From assembly GCA_039190895.1 (NCBI GenBank), contig JBCCXY010000007.1, forward strand, positions 1,357 to 65,356: 64,000 bases of DNA, in the 5' to 3' direction. Numbering within the stretch: the stretch's first letter is position 1; each line of letters starts with the position of its first letter. The position numbers and the translations under genes are program-made. Below are positions 1-8,145 of this stretch, in pieces. The notes beneath the pieces are model-generated. The model did no database searches. It saw only the letters and a program-made list of their open reading frames with translations, and had not been told where the DNA came from. The stretch comes from Pseudomonadota bacterium. GTDB lineage: Bacteria; Pseudomonadota; Alphaproteobacteria; Rhodobacterales; Rhodobacteraceae.

Positions 1-597
1 GATCACCGCCGTCGCTCCGTCGATATTCATAGGAACAGGCTTGTTGCGGCTGAGATGCGCCTCGATCCCCTCGGCAATCCCGACGAACCGCCCGCCCACG
101 ACCCCGGCGTCGGCGGCCTCCTGCACCAACGCCATCAGGCGCGGCGCGCGCGGGTCTGTCGGGTGGAACCGGTGCCCGAAGCCCGGCACGTATGTGCCGC
201 GCTCCAAGCGCCAGCGCTCGACCTCCCCGGCCAAATCGCCGCTTTCCGCGATCCGCAAATACAGCTCCACCGCCTGCTCACCCGCGCCGCCATGCACATC
301 ATCCAGCATGTTGACCGCGCTCGCCATCGCCTGGTTCAGCGACGCCCCACACGTCACCGCCATACGTGCCGTGGCAATCGACGGCGCCTGCGGCCCGTGA
401 TCCACCGCCGCCACCAGCGCCGCCTCCAACAGCCTGGCCTCCGCCTCGGTCGGCACGCCGCCCCGGACGGTCAGCCAGATCATCTGCGCAAAGCTCACCT
501 CACCGATCAGGTCCTGAATCGGGCGCCCGCGAATGTCGATGCGCCCGGGTTCCATGTCGATGATCGACGTCCGCCACCAATCCGCCACGTCACTCAT
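1..597 (-). CDS. citrate synthase-like / citryl-CoA lyase family protein (3' part of gene runs off window start)
   Basis: Reverse-strand translation from ATG at 597 reads MSDVADWWRTSIIDMEPGRIDIRGRPIQDLIGEVSFAQMIWLTVRGGVPTEAEARLLEA..., typical of the small citrate-synthase-like/CCL family. Its ATG overlaps the stop of the upstream CoA-transferase (ATGA coupling). Confidence 0.5.
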   Translation of the reverse strand, partial: MSDVADWWRTSIIDMEPGRIDIRGRPIQDLIGEVSFAQMIWLTVRGGVPTEAEARLLEAALVAAVDHGPQAPSIATARMAVTCGASLNQAMASAVNMLDDVHGGAGEQAVELYLRIAESGDLAGEVERWRLERGTYVPGFGHRFHPTDPRAPRLMALVQEAADAGVVGGRFVGIAEGIEAHLSRNKPVPMNIDGATAVI

Positions 598-1784
598 ATC
601 GCCCCCGCCTCCCGCAGCGCCTCGATCTCATCACCGTCCAACCCAAGCCCAAGCAGAACCTCATCCGTATGCTGCCCCAACTCGGGCGGCCCGGCCTCCA
701 CCGCCAGTGGCTCCCCATCAATCCGCATCCCTGTCCGGAACACTTCCGCCCTGCGCCCACCCTCCAGCTCAAACCCCGCGATCTGACCCGCAGCCCGCGC
801 TTGCTCCAACGCCTCCGGCAGCGTCAGGATCCGCCCCGCCGGAACGCCGATGTCGTTCAACTCCGCCTCCCACTCCTCCGCCGGACGGGCCTTCAGCTTG
901 GCTTCGATCGCATCGTTCAGTGCCACCCGATTGGCCTTGCGATCCGCCCGCGTCCGAAACCTCGGATCATCAACCATCCCGCCAAGGCCGAGATGCTTCT
1001 CCAACGCCTCCCACTGATCCTGCTTGTTTGCCGCAATGTTCAACGGGCCCGAAGCCGTCTCGTACGCGGCGGACGGCGCGGAGGTCAGGTTCTCGTTCCC
1101 CGCAGGCACCGCCTCAACCCCGGCGACGAGGTAGTTCGACACCGCCCAGCCCATCGTCGCCATCAGCGCATCCCGCATCGAAATGTCGATCACCTGACCC
1201 CGCTCCGGCGCATTCAGCGCCGCGCAAATCGCCAGCGCGGCGGTCAAACCGCCCACCGTATCGGCCACGGGCCACCCCGCCCTCAGCGGATGCGCCTCGG
1301 GCGCCCCGGTGATCGCCATCGCCCCGGACATGCCTTGCACGATCTGATCATAGGCCGGGCGGCCCGCCAGCGGATCGTCCTGCCCGTATCCCGAAATCGC
1401 GCAATAGATCAGCCTCGGGTTCTCCGCCTGCAGTACCTCGGCGCCGACCCCAAGCCGGGCCATCACCCCGGGACGAAAGTTCTCGACCAGCACATCCGCA
1501 CCCCGCACAAGGCGCTTTAGCAGCGCCACGCCGTCCGGATGCTTGAGGTTCAGCGTCACCGACTTCTTCCCCGGATTCGGGGCCAGAAACGACACGCCCA
1601 TATTGCGCGCACTCAGGGATTCCTCCTGTCCCAACTGCCGCGCAAGATCGCCGCTTCCGGGGACCTCGACCTTGATCACCTCCGCCCCCAGATGCACCAG
1701 TTGATGACACGCAAACGGGCCCGCCAGCACGTTTGTCAGGTCAAGAACCCGTGTCCCTGCAAGGGGTTTGCAAGTCATCCTCAT
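594..1784 (-). CDS. CoA transferase, family III (CaiB/BaiF-like)
   Basis: 396-aa ORF. N-terminus LAGTRVLDLTNVLAGPFACHQLVHLGAEVIKVE and overall length are typical of family III CoA-transferases. Confidence 0.85.
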   Translation of the reverse strand: MRMTCKPLAGTRVLDLTNVLAGPFACHQLVHLGAEVIKVEVPGSGDLARQLGQEESLSARNMGVSFLAPNPGKKSVTLNLKHPDGVALLKRLVRGADVLVENFRPGVMARLGVGAEVLQAENPRLIYCAISGYGQDDPLAGRPAYDQIVQGMSGAMAITGAPEAHPLRAGWPVADTVGGLTAALAICAALNAPERGQVIDISMRDALMATMGWAVSNYLVAGVEAVPAGNENLTSAPSAAYETASGPLNIAANKQDQWEALEKHLGLGGMVDDPRFRTRADRKANRVALNDAIEAKLKARPAEEWEAELNDIGVPAGRILTLPEALEQARAAGQIAGFELEGGRRAEVFRTGMRIDGEPLAVEAGPPELGQHTDEVLLGLGLDGDEIEALREAGAI

Positions 1785-1986
1785 CCCTCCCGCCGCGCGA
1801 CCCTAGGGGCACGATACGGCGAAGTCGAACCCTTCATCCGGGCCTTACAGCGACAATCCGGAGGTGAAACACAAACTAGTTTGAACGGCCTTCAATATCG
1901 CTTCAAAGTGCTTCGTTAGGTTTGGCAATCAATCTCGGTCGAGAGTAGCTTCGGCGAACCGTCCCAAAGCAGAGAGGCACGGGGCA

Positions 1987-2514
1987 ATGCCGCACAATGA
2001 CAAAGAAGACCAGGGCACGACCGTTTTCGACGCCATGTTGGATCACATGGGGCGGCACGGTTTAGGGGATGAAAGCGGCACCATGGATACACTCCCGGCG
2101 ATCTCCAAACTGGTCTCACACGCCGCGACGATCAAGAGCGCTGTCCTTCCGGCTGAGCGATATAGCGAGATGTGTCAGATCTCGGCGGCGGCAAATGAAG
2201 AGTCGGAGTACGCCGTTAGTCTGGTCCTCCCCGTTTTGGATACCCCACTTGGGGTACTTGATGAGGGTGGGGAGACTCCTCCGGTTGACCCCGACACGCC
2301 GTTTCTGACGGTCGCCTTTGTCGATGTCGTGCCGCACACGGCCTTCGTTCTGGCCACCGGTTTGCCCTTGTCCAAACCATCCCGCGAGGCGCTTGAAGAC
2401 AACGGGCTGACCCTTCAGGTGCTGACCGTGCGCGAGGCGATCCTGACGGCACGGCGGGCGTCGCAGGACCTCGATAGTGATTCGACCGATTCGGATGATG
2501 ATTCGCTCCACTAG
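1987..2514 (+). CDS. hypothetical acidic protein
   Basis: 175-aa ORF in a lower-GC patch. No recognisable motifs. C-terminus is Asp/Ser-rich. Confidence 0.35.
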   Translation: MPHNDKEDQGTTVFDAMLDHMGRHGLGDESGTMDTLPAISKLVSHAATIKSAVLPAERYSEMCQISAAANEESEYAVSLVLPVLDTPLGVLDEGGETPPVDPDTPFLTVAFVDVVPHTAFVLATGLPLSKPSREALEDNGLTLQVLTVREAILTARRASQDLDSDSTDSDDDSLH

Positions 2515-2687
2515 CGCGGGTGAGAGTGCACAAGAGCCGCATCAATTTTCCGCCATTACATGCTTGACCAGCGAATATTCGCCTGCCGAAACCTGAATGT
2601 TTCCCGATTTTGGAACCGCTTGCACGACCGCTGATCGAACCCCATCCGTGTGAGACTACAGGAGGTTACGCGACGGCAGTGAAGCGA

Positions 2688-2737
2688 TTCGAAACCGATA
2701 TTTGCGCGAGTTAATTTGCACTGTTCATTTCACGGTT
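2688..2737 (+). promoter_or_regulatory. tts-box-like elements upstream of the TtsI-like regulator gene
   Basis: GCGATTCGAAACCGATA ... CTGTTCATTTCACGGTTG. TTCGAAACC and TTCACGGTT elements shared with the 14.8-kb and 22.4-kb promoter regions. Confidence 0.3.
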
Positions 2738-2879
2738 GTGTTGCGCCCGACCAAAGAAGTCACACACAAGTGTCACAGTGATGGGGCACTTCGGGATAGC
2801 CCATCGCGCCGTCGGTTCGGGCTTGGGCCGCGTCGCTGCAAGGCGAAGTGCACGAGTTTTTTTGGGGGATGTTCTCAAA

Positions 2880-3566
2880 ATGTTTAATCAAGCTCATATC
2901 TTAGTCGCCGACGAAGATCGCACGCATACACATCGGCTTAGCCTCGATCTGCAGGCCGCTGGGTTCAAGGTCTCCAGTGTTCGGTCGGGTGACAGCGCAC
3001 TCGATTCCATTCTGAACAAGGCGCCGGATTTGCTGATGGCCGAACGCTGCCTAAGCGGCGTCTCGGGCATCGAACTCTGCCGCAAGCTGAAGGGCGACTC
3101 GCTGACCCGCGCGATGCCGATCCTGATGTTCGGGACGAATTCGGACCACGTCGACCTCGCCCGCGCACTCGATACCGGGGCGGACGACTTCGTCCACAAG
3201 CCCGTGACGGCCATCGAACTCGTCGCCCGCGCCCGCGCCCTTCTGCGCCGTGCTAAGCCGGTCAGCGTTGGCGACCGGATCGAGTATCAGGACATCGTCG
3301 TGGAGATGGAGACGCTGCGCGCCTTCCGCAACGACAAGCCGCTCAAGCTCGGCCCGACCGAGTTCAACATCCTCGCCACCTTCGTCGCCAAACCGGGCCG
3401 CGTCTGGTCGCGCGACCAGTTGCTCGACGTTGTTTGGGGGCCGGACACCTACATCGACCCGCGCACCGTCGACGTTCATGTCGGGCGCCTGCGGAAGACG
3501 CTGAAGGCTGCGGGCGACGGCGACCCGTTCCGCACGATCCGCGGCGCCGGATACGCGCTCGGCTGA
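2880..3566 (+). CDS. atypical OmpR/PhoB-family response regulator (TtsI-like; phospho-acceptor Asp replaced by Glu)
   Basis: Receiver domain (ILVADED..., PDLLMAERCLSGVSGIELCRKLK, conserved T and K) plus a winged-helix C-terminus (LGPTEFNILATFVAKPGRVWSRDQLLDVVWG...VDVHVGRLRKTL). In-frame ATG at 2880; the track ORF starts at 2736. No adjacent histidine kinase. Confidence 0.8.
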   Translation: MFNQAHILVADEDRTHTHRLSLDLQAAGFKVSSVRSGDSALDSILNKAPDLLMAERCLSGVSGIELCRKLKGDSLTRAMPILMFGTNSDHVDLARALDTGADDFVHKPVTAIELVARARALLRRAKPVSVGDRIEYQDIVVEMETLRAFRNDKPLKLGPTEFNILATFVAKPGRVWSRDQLLDVVWGPDTYIDPRTVDVHVGRLRKTLKAAGDGDPFRTIRGAGYALG

Positions 3567-3594
3567 GCACACCATCCCGCGTTCACTTCGCAAC

Positions 3595-3620
3595 CGGCGC
3601 CCTTGCGGCGCCATTTTTTT
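3595..3620 (+). terminator. rho-independent terminator after the response regulator gene
   Basis: GGCGCC-ccttgc-GGCGCC hairpin followed by ATTTTTTT. Confidence 0.7.
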
Positions 3621-3717
3621 CGCGGTCACCGGGGCAGGCCGCCACAGGCCAAGGGTTGCCACCGCCAATGTCCCGAACATAGCCTGGTTTTGTCACTTCG
3701 AGGGGGAGTTCCTGAAA

Positions 3718-4371
3718 ATGAGTACCGAAAAAATCCATCTGAAACAGTGGGTTGAAACGATTTTCGGCGCGCGCCGACTAATCGCCCGCGTCTTTAAAGT
3801 CGTGTCATATTCGGCTGTTCTTCTGATCGCGAGCCTAGCACTGACAGGGAAGACGATGGCCCTCGACGCGAAATTCACGGAACCGTTTCCCTACGTGGCC
3901 ATGGGGTCTGACGTTCGGGCGGTGCTGTCGGACATGGGCCGCCGGATGGGCGTCACCGTGCGCATCGATCCCGCCGTCACGGGCGAGGTATCGACCGAAA
4001 ATTCGCAGGGCACCGTGCAGACACTGCTGGACGAAACGCTAGCCCAGACCGGCGCCACTTGGTGGTACGACGGCGTCATCCTGCATGTGGAACCGCAGGA
4101 CGGCCTCAGCTCGTCGCTGATCATCAGCCAGGGCCTCGGCATCCCCGAAATCGAAGCCGAACTCGCCACGCTCGACCTGCTGGACGGACGCTTCCCGCTG
4201 ATGTCCACCGCCGACGGCGCCGTGATCCGCGTGATCGGCCCGCGCGGCTATGTCGAGCAGGTCCGCAACCTCGTTGAAACCCTCATCCAGACGCGCCGCG
4301 CGCGGACCGGAACGCCCGATGAGGTCGGGCTGTACGTGCCGCGCGTCTTCCACGGCCGCGTGCTCAATTAA
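3718..4371 (+). CDS. secretin N-terminal (N0/STN-like) domain protein; candidate N-part of a split T3SS secretin (RhcC1/NolW-like)
   Basis: 217 aa with an N-terminal TM/signal segment (VVSYSAVLLIASLALTG). The segment VRAVLSDMGRRMGVTVRIDPAVTGEVSTENSQGTVQTLLDETLAQTGATWWYDGVILHVEP matches the secretin N0/STN domain pattern. GGAG RBS upstream. Confidence 0.5.
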   Translation: MSTEKIHLKQWVETIFGARRLIARVFKVVSYSAVLLIASLALTGKTMALDAKFTEPFPYVAMGSDVRAVLSDMGRRMGVTVRIDPAVTGEVSTENSQGTVQTLLDETLAQTGATWWYDGVILHVEPQDGLSSSLIISQGLGIPEIEAELATLDLLDGRFPLMSTADGAVIRVIGPRGYVEQVRNLVETLIQTRRARTGTPDEVGLYVPRVFHGRVLN

Positions 4372-4386
4372 CCTCGGGAGAGACCC

Positions 4387-4695
4387 ATGAGCGATCCGTT
4401 CGACAACGCCGAGAACACCGAAGACCTCCACCTCCTGATGGCCGTCGCGGTCCTCTGTGGGCACAAGGGCGTCACGTCCGACATGCAGGCGGTCTATGAG
4501 ATCTGGTCCAAGTGCTATCCCACCGACGCGCTCGGCGGGATCGGGCGGGGGCTGACGATGATCGGCAATGGACGGCCCCGCGAAGGCTATCGCCTGATCG
4601 AAGAGACGGCCCGCACCGCCGAGACACGCGGCGATCAGGCGAAAGAGGTGCTCTCGTCGCTGCAACGCGACATGCGCGAACTGGTCAACGGCTGA
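4387..4695 (+). CDS. small T3SS-associated protein (paralog of next gene)
   Basis: 102 aa with a good RBS. Shares the IW..P.DA.G.IG.GL.M...G pattern with the downstream ORF. Confidence 0.4.
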   Translation: MSDPFDNAENTEDLHLLMAVAVLCGHKGVTSDMQAVYEIWSKCYPTDALGGIGRGLTMIGNGRPREGYRLIEETARTAETRGDQAKEVLSSLQRDMRELVNG

Positions 4696-4718
4696 CGGCA
4701 CGACAGGGGGCACACCGG

Positions 4719-5120
4719 ATGGAACTCAACCGCGGCGACATGAAGCTTCTGACCGAATGCGGCTATTCGGGCGTTCTGCGCAATATCGACACGACGCTGA
4801 CGCCGATCTTCGAGGCGCTCGATGTCTGGATGCCCGACCAAAGCGCCGGGCCCATAGGGCTGGCGTTGGAGGCGATGGTCGCCGGTGACATCCGCCGCGC
4901 GGATGAGATCCTGACAAACCTCCAGCGCTCCAAGCGCCAGGGCCGGGCCGAGGCGAAGGCCATTCTCGCGCTCTGCAAGGCGCTGCAGAACGACCGCGCC
5001 GCGGCCGAGGGGCTTGCCGATGACCTGCAGGGGCAGGGCGGCAACGCCGAGGAATTCACCCGTCACCTGACGGGCCGCGAAGTCGACACGCCGTCCACGA
5101 CGACCGTCGCCGCGGAATAA
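4719..5120 (+). CDS. small T3SS-associated protein (paralog of previous gene)
   Basis: 133 aa starting at an internal ATG (MELNRGDMKLL...); the track ORF starts at 4512. Similar core to 4387..4695. Confidence 0.4.
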   Translation: MELNRGDMKLLTECGYSGVLRNIDTTLTPIFEALDVWMPDQSAGPIGLALEAMVAGDIRRADEILTNLQRSKRQGRAEAKAILALCKALQNDRAAAEGLADDLQGQGGNAEEFTRHLTGREVDTPSTTTVAAE

Positions 5121-5197
5121 GGATAGACGGCCGGGTCCGCCCGCGTTCGGTCGTCTTGGGTTAGCGGGCAACTTCGAAGGCATGAAAGGAAACGATC

Positions 5198-5443
5198 ATG
5201 GGACTTTTGAGCGGTATCGGAGACGCCATCAGCGGCGTCGCTGATGCAGTCACCGGCGCGATCGGTGGCATCGCCGAGGCGGTAGGTGGCATCACCGACG
5301 TGCTCGGCGGCTTTATGAATTCTCCTCTCGGAGGCTTGATTGCGGCGGTCTTTCCGCCCGCGGGCGCGGTGATGGGCGGGCTGAATATGCTCGGCATGGC
5401 CACAGACCTCGCCCAGATGGTCGCTGGAGGGGAAGACTACTAA
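5198..5443 (+). CDS. glycine-zipper small protein (81 aa)
   Basis: MGLLSGIGDAISGVADAVTGAIGGIAEAVGG... is a Gly/Ala-rich membrane-active-looking peptide with an RBS, in the T3SS island. Confidence 0.35.
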   Translation: MGLLSGIGDAISGVADAVTGAIGGIAEAVGGITDVLGGFMNSPLGGLIAAVFPPAGAVMGGLNMLGMATDLAQMVAGGEDY

Positions 5444-5867
5444 CCCGATGACCGGGGAGGATGGCTGGTTCTTAATTGTCGCCAGCAACGACCCCAGCCA
5501 TCCTCGCCCGCCACGCTAACGAAACACAGAGAGATATGACCCACGCAACCGACACCACAGCCCAAGGCCAAGGCAGAGCCCGCCGCGCCGCGCAATTGCG
5601 CGCCGGACTGCGCCGCCTTGCGCGCCGGGCCGGTCGGTTCCGTGGACAGGTGATCCGCCGCCTTGTTCAGGCGGTGGCCCGGTCTGCCCAACCCAGCAGA
5701 CCGTCGTCGCTTGGGGTTTTGCCCCGTCGCGACACCATGCCTTCCGCTCACCTCAAGTTCACCCGGTTGGGCCTCGGCCTGGCAGGGGGCGGTGGCGGAA
5801 GCCCGGGTTAAACGTCCATTTTTGCGCGAACTGACTTCAGCAACCTTGGACGATTGGTTTTTCTGGT

Positions 5868-6245
5868 ATGAGCTCACTTGGTGACATCGGCGCGATCAGT
5901 GGCGTCACGAATTACGCCAACCCGACCAGCCCCGCACAGCTTGGCAACGACGTATCGCTGTCGGACATGGCGCGAGAGCTTCTGTCGAACATCTCGACAA
6001 TGCAGAGCGATTTCCAGAACGAGGTTGTGCCAGCGGCGCAGGGCTCGGACGAGGCGCTGATCGCCTCGCGCCCCGTCGAGGGCGCCGATGCCTCGGGCCA
6101 GCCGGTGACGGACGCCGCGAAGGCGCTGGTCGATCAGATCCAGCAAAGTACCCAAGTTCAGGAACAGCTGACGCGCTTCATGATGGCTTCTTCCGTTTCG
6201 TCCTCGCTGGGGCGAAACCTGAACATGTTCCTGCGAGGACAGTAA
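5868..6245 (+). CDS. putative inner-rod protein (SctI-like)
   Basis: 125 aa immediately upstream of sctJ with a TAATG overlap. C-terminus QEQLTRFMMASSVSSSLGRNLNMFLRGQ resembles rod/needle family C-termini (YscI/PrgJ-like). Confidence 0.45.
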   Translation: MSSLGDIGAISGVTNYANPTSPAQLGNDVSLSDMARELLSNISTMQSDFQNEVVPAAQGSDEALIASRPVEGADASGQPVTDAAKALVDQIQQSTQVQEQLTRFMMASSVSSSLGRNLNMFLRGQ

Positions 6246-7021
6246 TGTTTTCCACATTGCGACGACTAACCGCCGTGGCGGCGGCCTGCCTCGTGCTGGC
6301 CGGATGCAAGTCGGAACTCTTCACCGACATGTCCGAACGCGAGGCGAACCAGGTGATCGCGGCCCTGATGTCCGAAGGCATCCCGGCGTCGAAATCCTCA
6401 AGCCGGGGGGATGGCGTGACCGTCATGATTGACCAGTCCCGCTTCGCCGAGGCGATTGAGATCCTGAACGCCCGGGGCCTGCCCTCCGACAAGTACGACA
6501 GCTTTGGCGACGTGTTCGAAAAGGACGGCCTGGTGTCATCGCCGATGGAGGAGCGCGCGCGCTATATTTACGCATTGAGTCAGGAGCTTAGCCGCACGAT
6601 TGCCGAGATCGACGGCGTCCTCTCGGCCCGCATCCACGTGGTGTTGCCCGAGACCGACATGCTGGGCCGCGACTTCAAGCCAAGCTCGGCGTCCGTGTTC
6701 ATCCGCCATCTCGACGATGCGCCGGTCGCGAACTTTACCTCGCAAATCCGCCTGCTCGTGTCGAACTCCATCGAGGGGCTGGTCTACGACAACGTCACCG
6801 TCGTCGCCGTGCCCGCCGAGGCGAAAGACGTCTCCACCGGCAATGGCCCGATCCTGCAGGACGTGCTTGGCGTCTGGGTCCACCCAAACTCCGTCTCCCG
6901 GCTGTGGCTGATCGTCGGCAGCATCGGTGGCGTCGCGGTCCTCGCGCTAGGGCTGTTGGGCCTACAAAGCCTCTCGCGTCACCGGCGCGGGCAGGACGAT
7001 GACTTCGACCTTGCGAGCTGA
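6245..7021 (+). CDS. sctJ: T3SS inner-membrane ring lipoprotein SctJ (YscJ/RhcJ/NolT family)
   Basis: 258 aa with lipobox LAGC. ELFTDMSEREANQVIAALMSEGIPA...SFGDVFEKDGLVSSPMEERARYIYALSQELSRTIAEIDGVLSARIHVVLPE aligns closely with YscJ. C-terminal TM present. Confidence 0.9.
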   Translation: MFSTLRRLTAVAAACLVLAGCKSELFTDMSEREANQVIAALMSEGIPASKSSSRGDGVTVMIDQSRFAEAIEILNARGLPSDKYDSFGDVFEKDGLVSSPMEERARYIYALSQELSRTIAEIDGVLSARIHVVLPETDMLGRDFKPSSASVFIRHLDDAPVANFTSQIRLLVSNSIEGLVYDNVTVVAVPAEAKDVSTGNGPILQDVLGVWVHPNSVSRLWLIVGSIGGVAVLALGLLGLQSLSRHRRGQDDDFDLAS

Positions 7022-7023
7022 CC

Positions 7024-7491
7024 ATGGCCAACCGTCGCGATCCCAATTCCGTTGACGTGGCGCGGGCCCGGGTGGCCCTCGCCGCCGGAGACGCGCCCTC
7101 GCGCACCAGCCGCCGCCGTAACGGTCTCGCTCCGGGTTTTGCCGGGGTGGACACCGCCGTTTTGCTCGCCGCCGCCGACCCCAAGCGCCGCGCCGCCGTC
7201 GTGGCCCGCGCCGCTGCGGCCGCCCACGGGCATGAGATCGCCCGCGCCATCGACGCCGCTGCCCGGGCCGAAATCGTCGACACCCTCGGCCCCGACGCCC
7301 GCACCTTCGGCCTCGCCCACCGCCATCTGTCCTGCGCCCCCGCTGGCGGCGGCGCCCTGGCGGACCGCCTCACCGACACCCGCAGCGCCGCCGACCTCGC
7401 CCTGAACGCCCATCTCAGCGGCGCCCCGCTTGACGCCACGCCCCTCGGCGCCTGCCTCTTCGCCGCCCTGTCGTCCGGGGCGCCCAAATGA
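7024..7491 (+). CDS. T3SS cytoplasmic component (SctK/NolU-like), hypothetical
   Basis: 155 aa between sctJ and sctL, in the conserved position. Confidence 0.4.
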   Translation: MANRRDPNSVDVARARVALAAGDAPSRTSRRRNGLAPGFAGVDTAVLLAAADPKRRAAVVARAAAAAHGHEIARAIDAAARAEIVDTLGPDARTFGLAHRHLSCAPAGGGALADRLTDTRSAADLALNAHLSGAPLDATPLGACLFAALSSGAPK

Positions 7492-8054
7492 CCCGCGCCC
7501 GCATCCTCCGCCGCGCCGAGGTCGAGCGTCTGCGTGCCGCCGATGCCCTCGAACAGCGCCTCGCCGAAGAGCACGCCCAGCGCCTCGCCGCCGTCGAAGA
7601 GGAGCGCGCCGCGATCCTCCAGCACGCGCAAGACCGGGCCATCCGCGAAAGCACCCAAACCGCGTCGCGCATCGTCATGGACGCCGAAGCTGCCGCCCAA
7701 CGCCAGCTCACCGCACTCGAACCCGAGGTCGCCGCGCTTGTGTCAGAGACCGTCACCCGCGTCATCGGCGCCATGGACCAGTCCGACGCAATCCGCCGCG
7801 CCACCCAGCAGGCGCTGTTCGACCTGAAAGACCACCGCCGCGCTCGCATCCTGGCCGCGCCCGACGTCGTCGACGCCGTCCGCTCGGGCGTCGAGGCCGC
7901 AGGCGGGGCGGGGGCCAACGTCATCTCGGTCGAGGTTGATGAGAGGCTGGAGGCTGGCCGCACTCTTCTTTCCAGCGACCAGGGCCACGTCGAAATCGGC
8001 CTGTCCGACCAGCTCGACGCCGTCACCGAAGCCTTCCGGCGGACAGATCCATGA
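7488..8054 (+). CDS. sctL: T3SS ATPase stator SctL (FliH/YscL family)
   Basis: 188 aa, coiled-coil rich. C-terminus ANVISVEVDERLEAGRTLLSSDQGHVEIGLSDQLDAVTEAF fits the SctL/FliH signature. ATGA overlap with upstream gene. Confidence 0.7.
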   Translation: MTRARILRRAEVERLRAADALEQRLAEEHAQRLAAVEEERAAILQHAQDRAIRESTQTASRIVMDAEAAAQRQLTALEPEVAALVSETVTRVIGAMDQSDAIRRATQQALFDLKDHRRARILAAPDVVDAVRSGVEAAGGAGANVISVEVDERLEAGRTLLSSDQGHVEIGLSDQLDAVTEAFRRTDP

Positions 8055-8097
8055 TCAGGCGTTCCAGAAAATATCGAGCAATAACAATATTCTACAG

Positions 8098-8117
8098 CCG
8101 GTCCCCATGGGGACCGC
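8098..8117. repeat. palindromic element CGGTCCCCATGGGGACCGCC (copy 1) in the sctL-sctN intergenic region
   Basis: Perfect palindrome GGTCCCCATGGGGACC, preceded by an unusual AT-rich patch (AAATATCGAGCAATAACAATATTCTACAG). Confidence 0.7.
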
Positions 8118-8145
8118 CCAAAATCACGACCGTCCGGGTGCCGTC

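Noticed and set aside
533-1520. Long Pro/Arg-rich plus-strand ORFs overlapping the CoA-transferase gene (533..1312, 669..1520 and similar)
   Set aside because: They are alternative-frame artefacts typical of high-GC DNA. The opposite-strand ORF has clear family-level similarity.
5536-5811. 91-aa Arg-rich ORF (MTHATDTTAQGQGRARRAAQLRAGLRRLARRAG...) between the glycine-zipper gene and the sctI-like gene
   Set aside because: Composition is typical of a spurious high-GC ORF. There is no convincing RBS. Left unannotated, although a small basic protein cannot be excluded.
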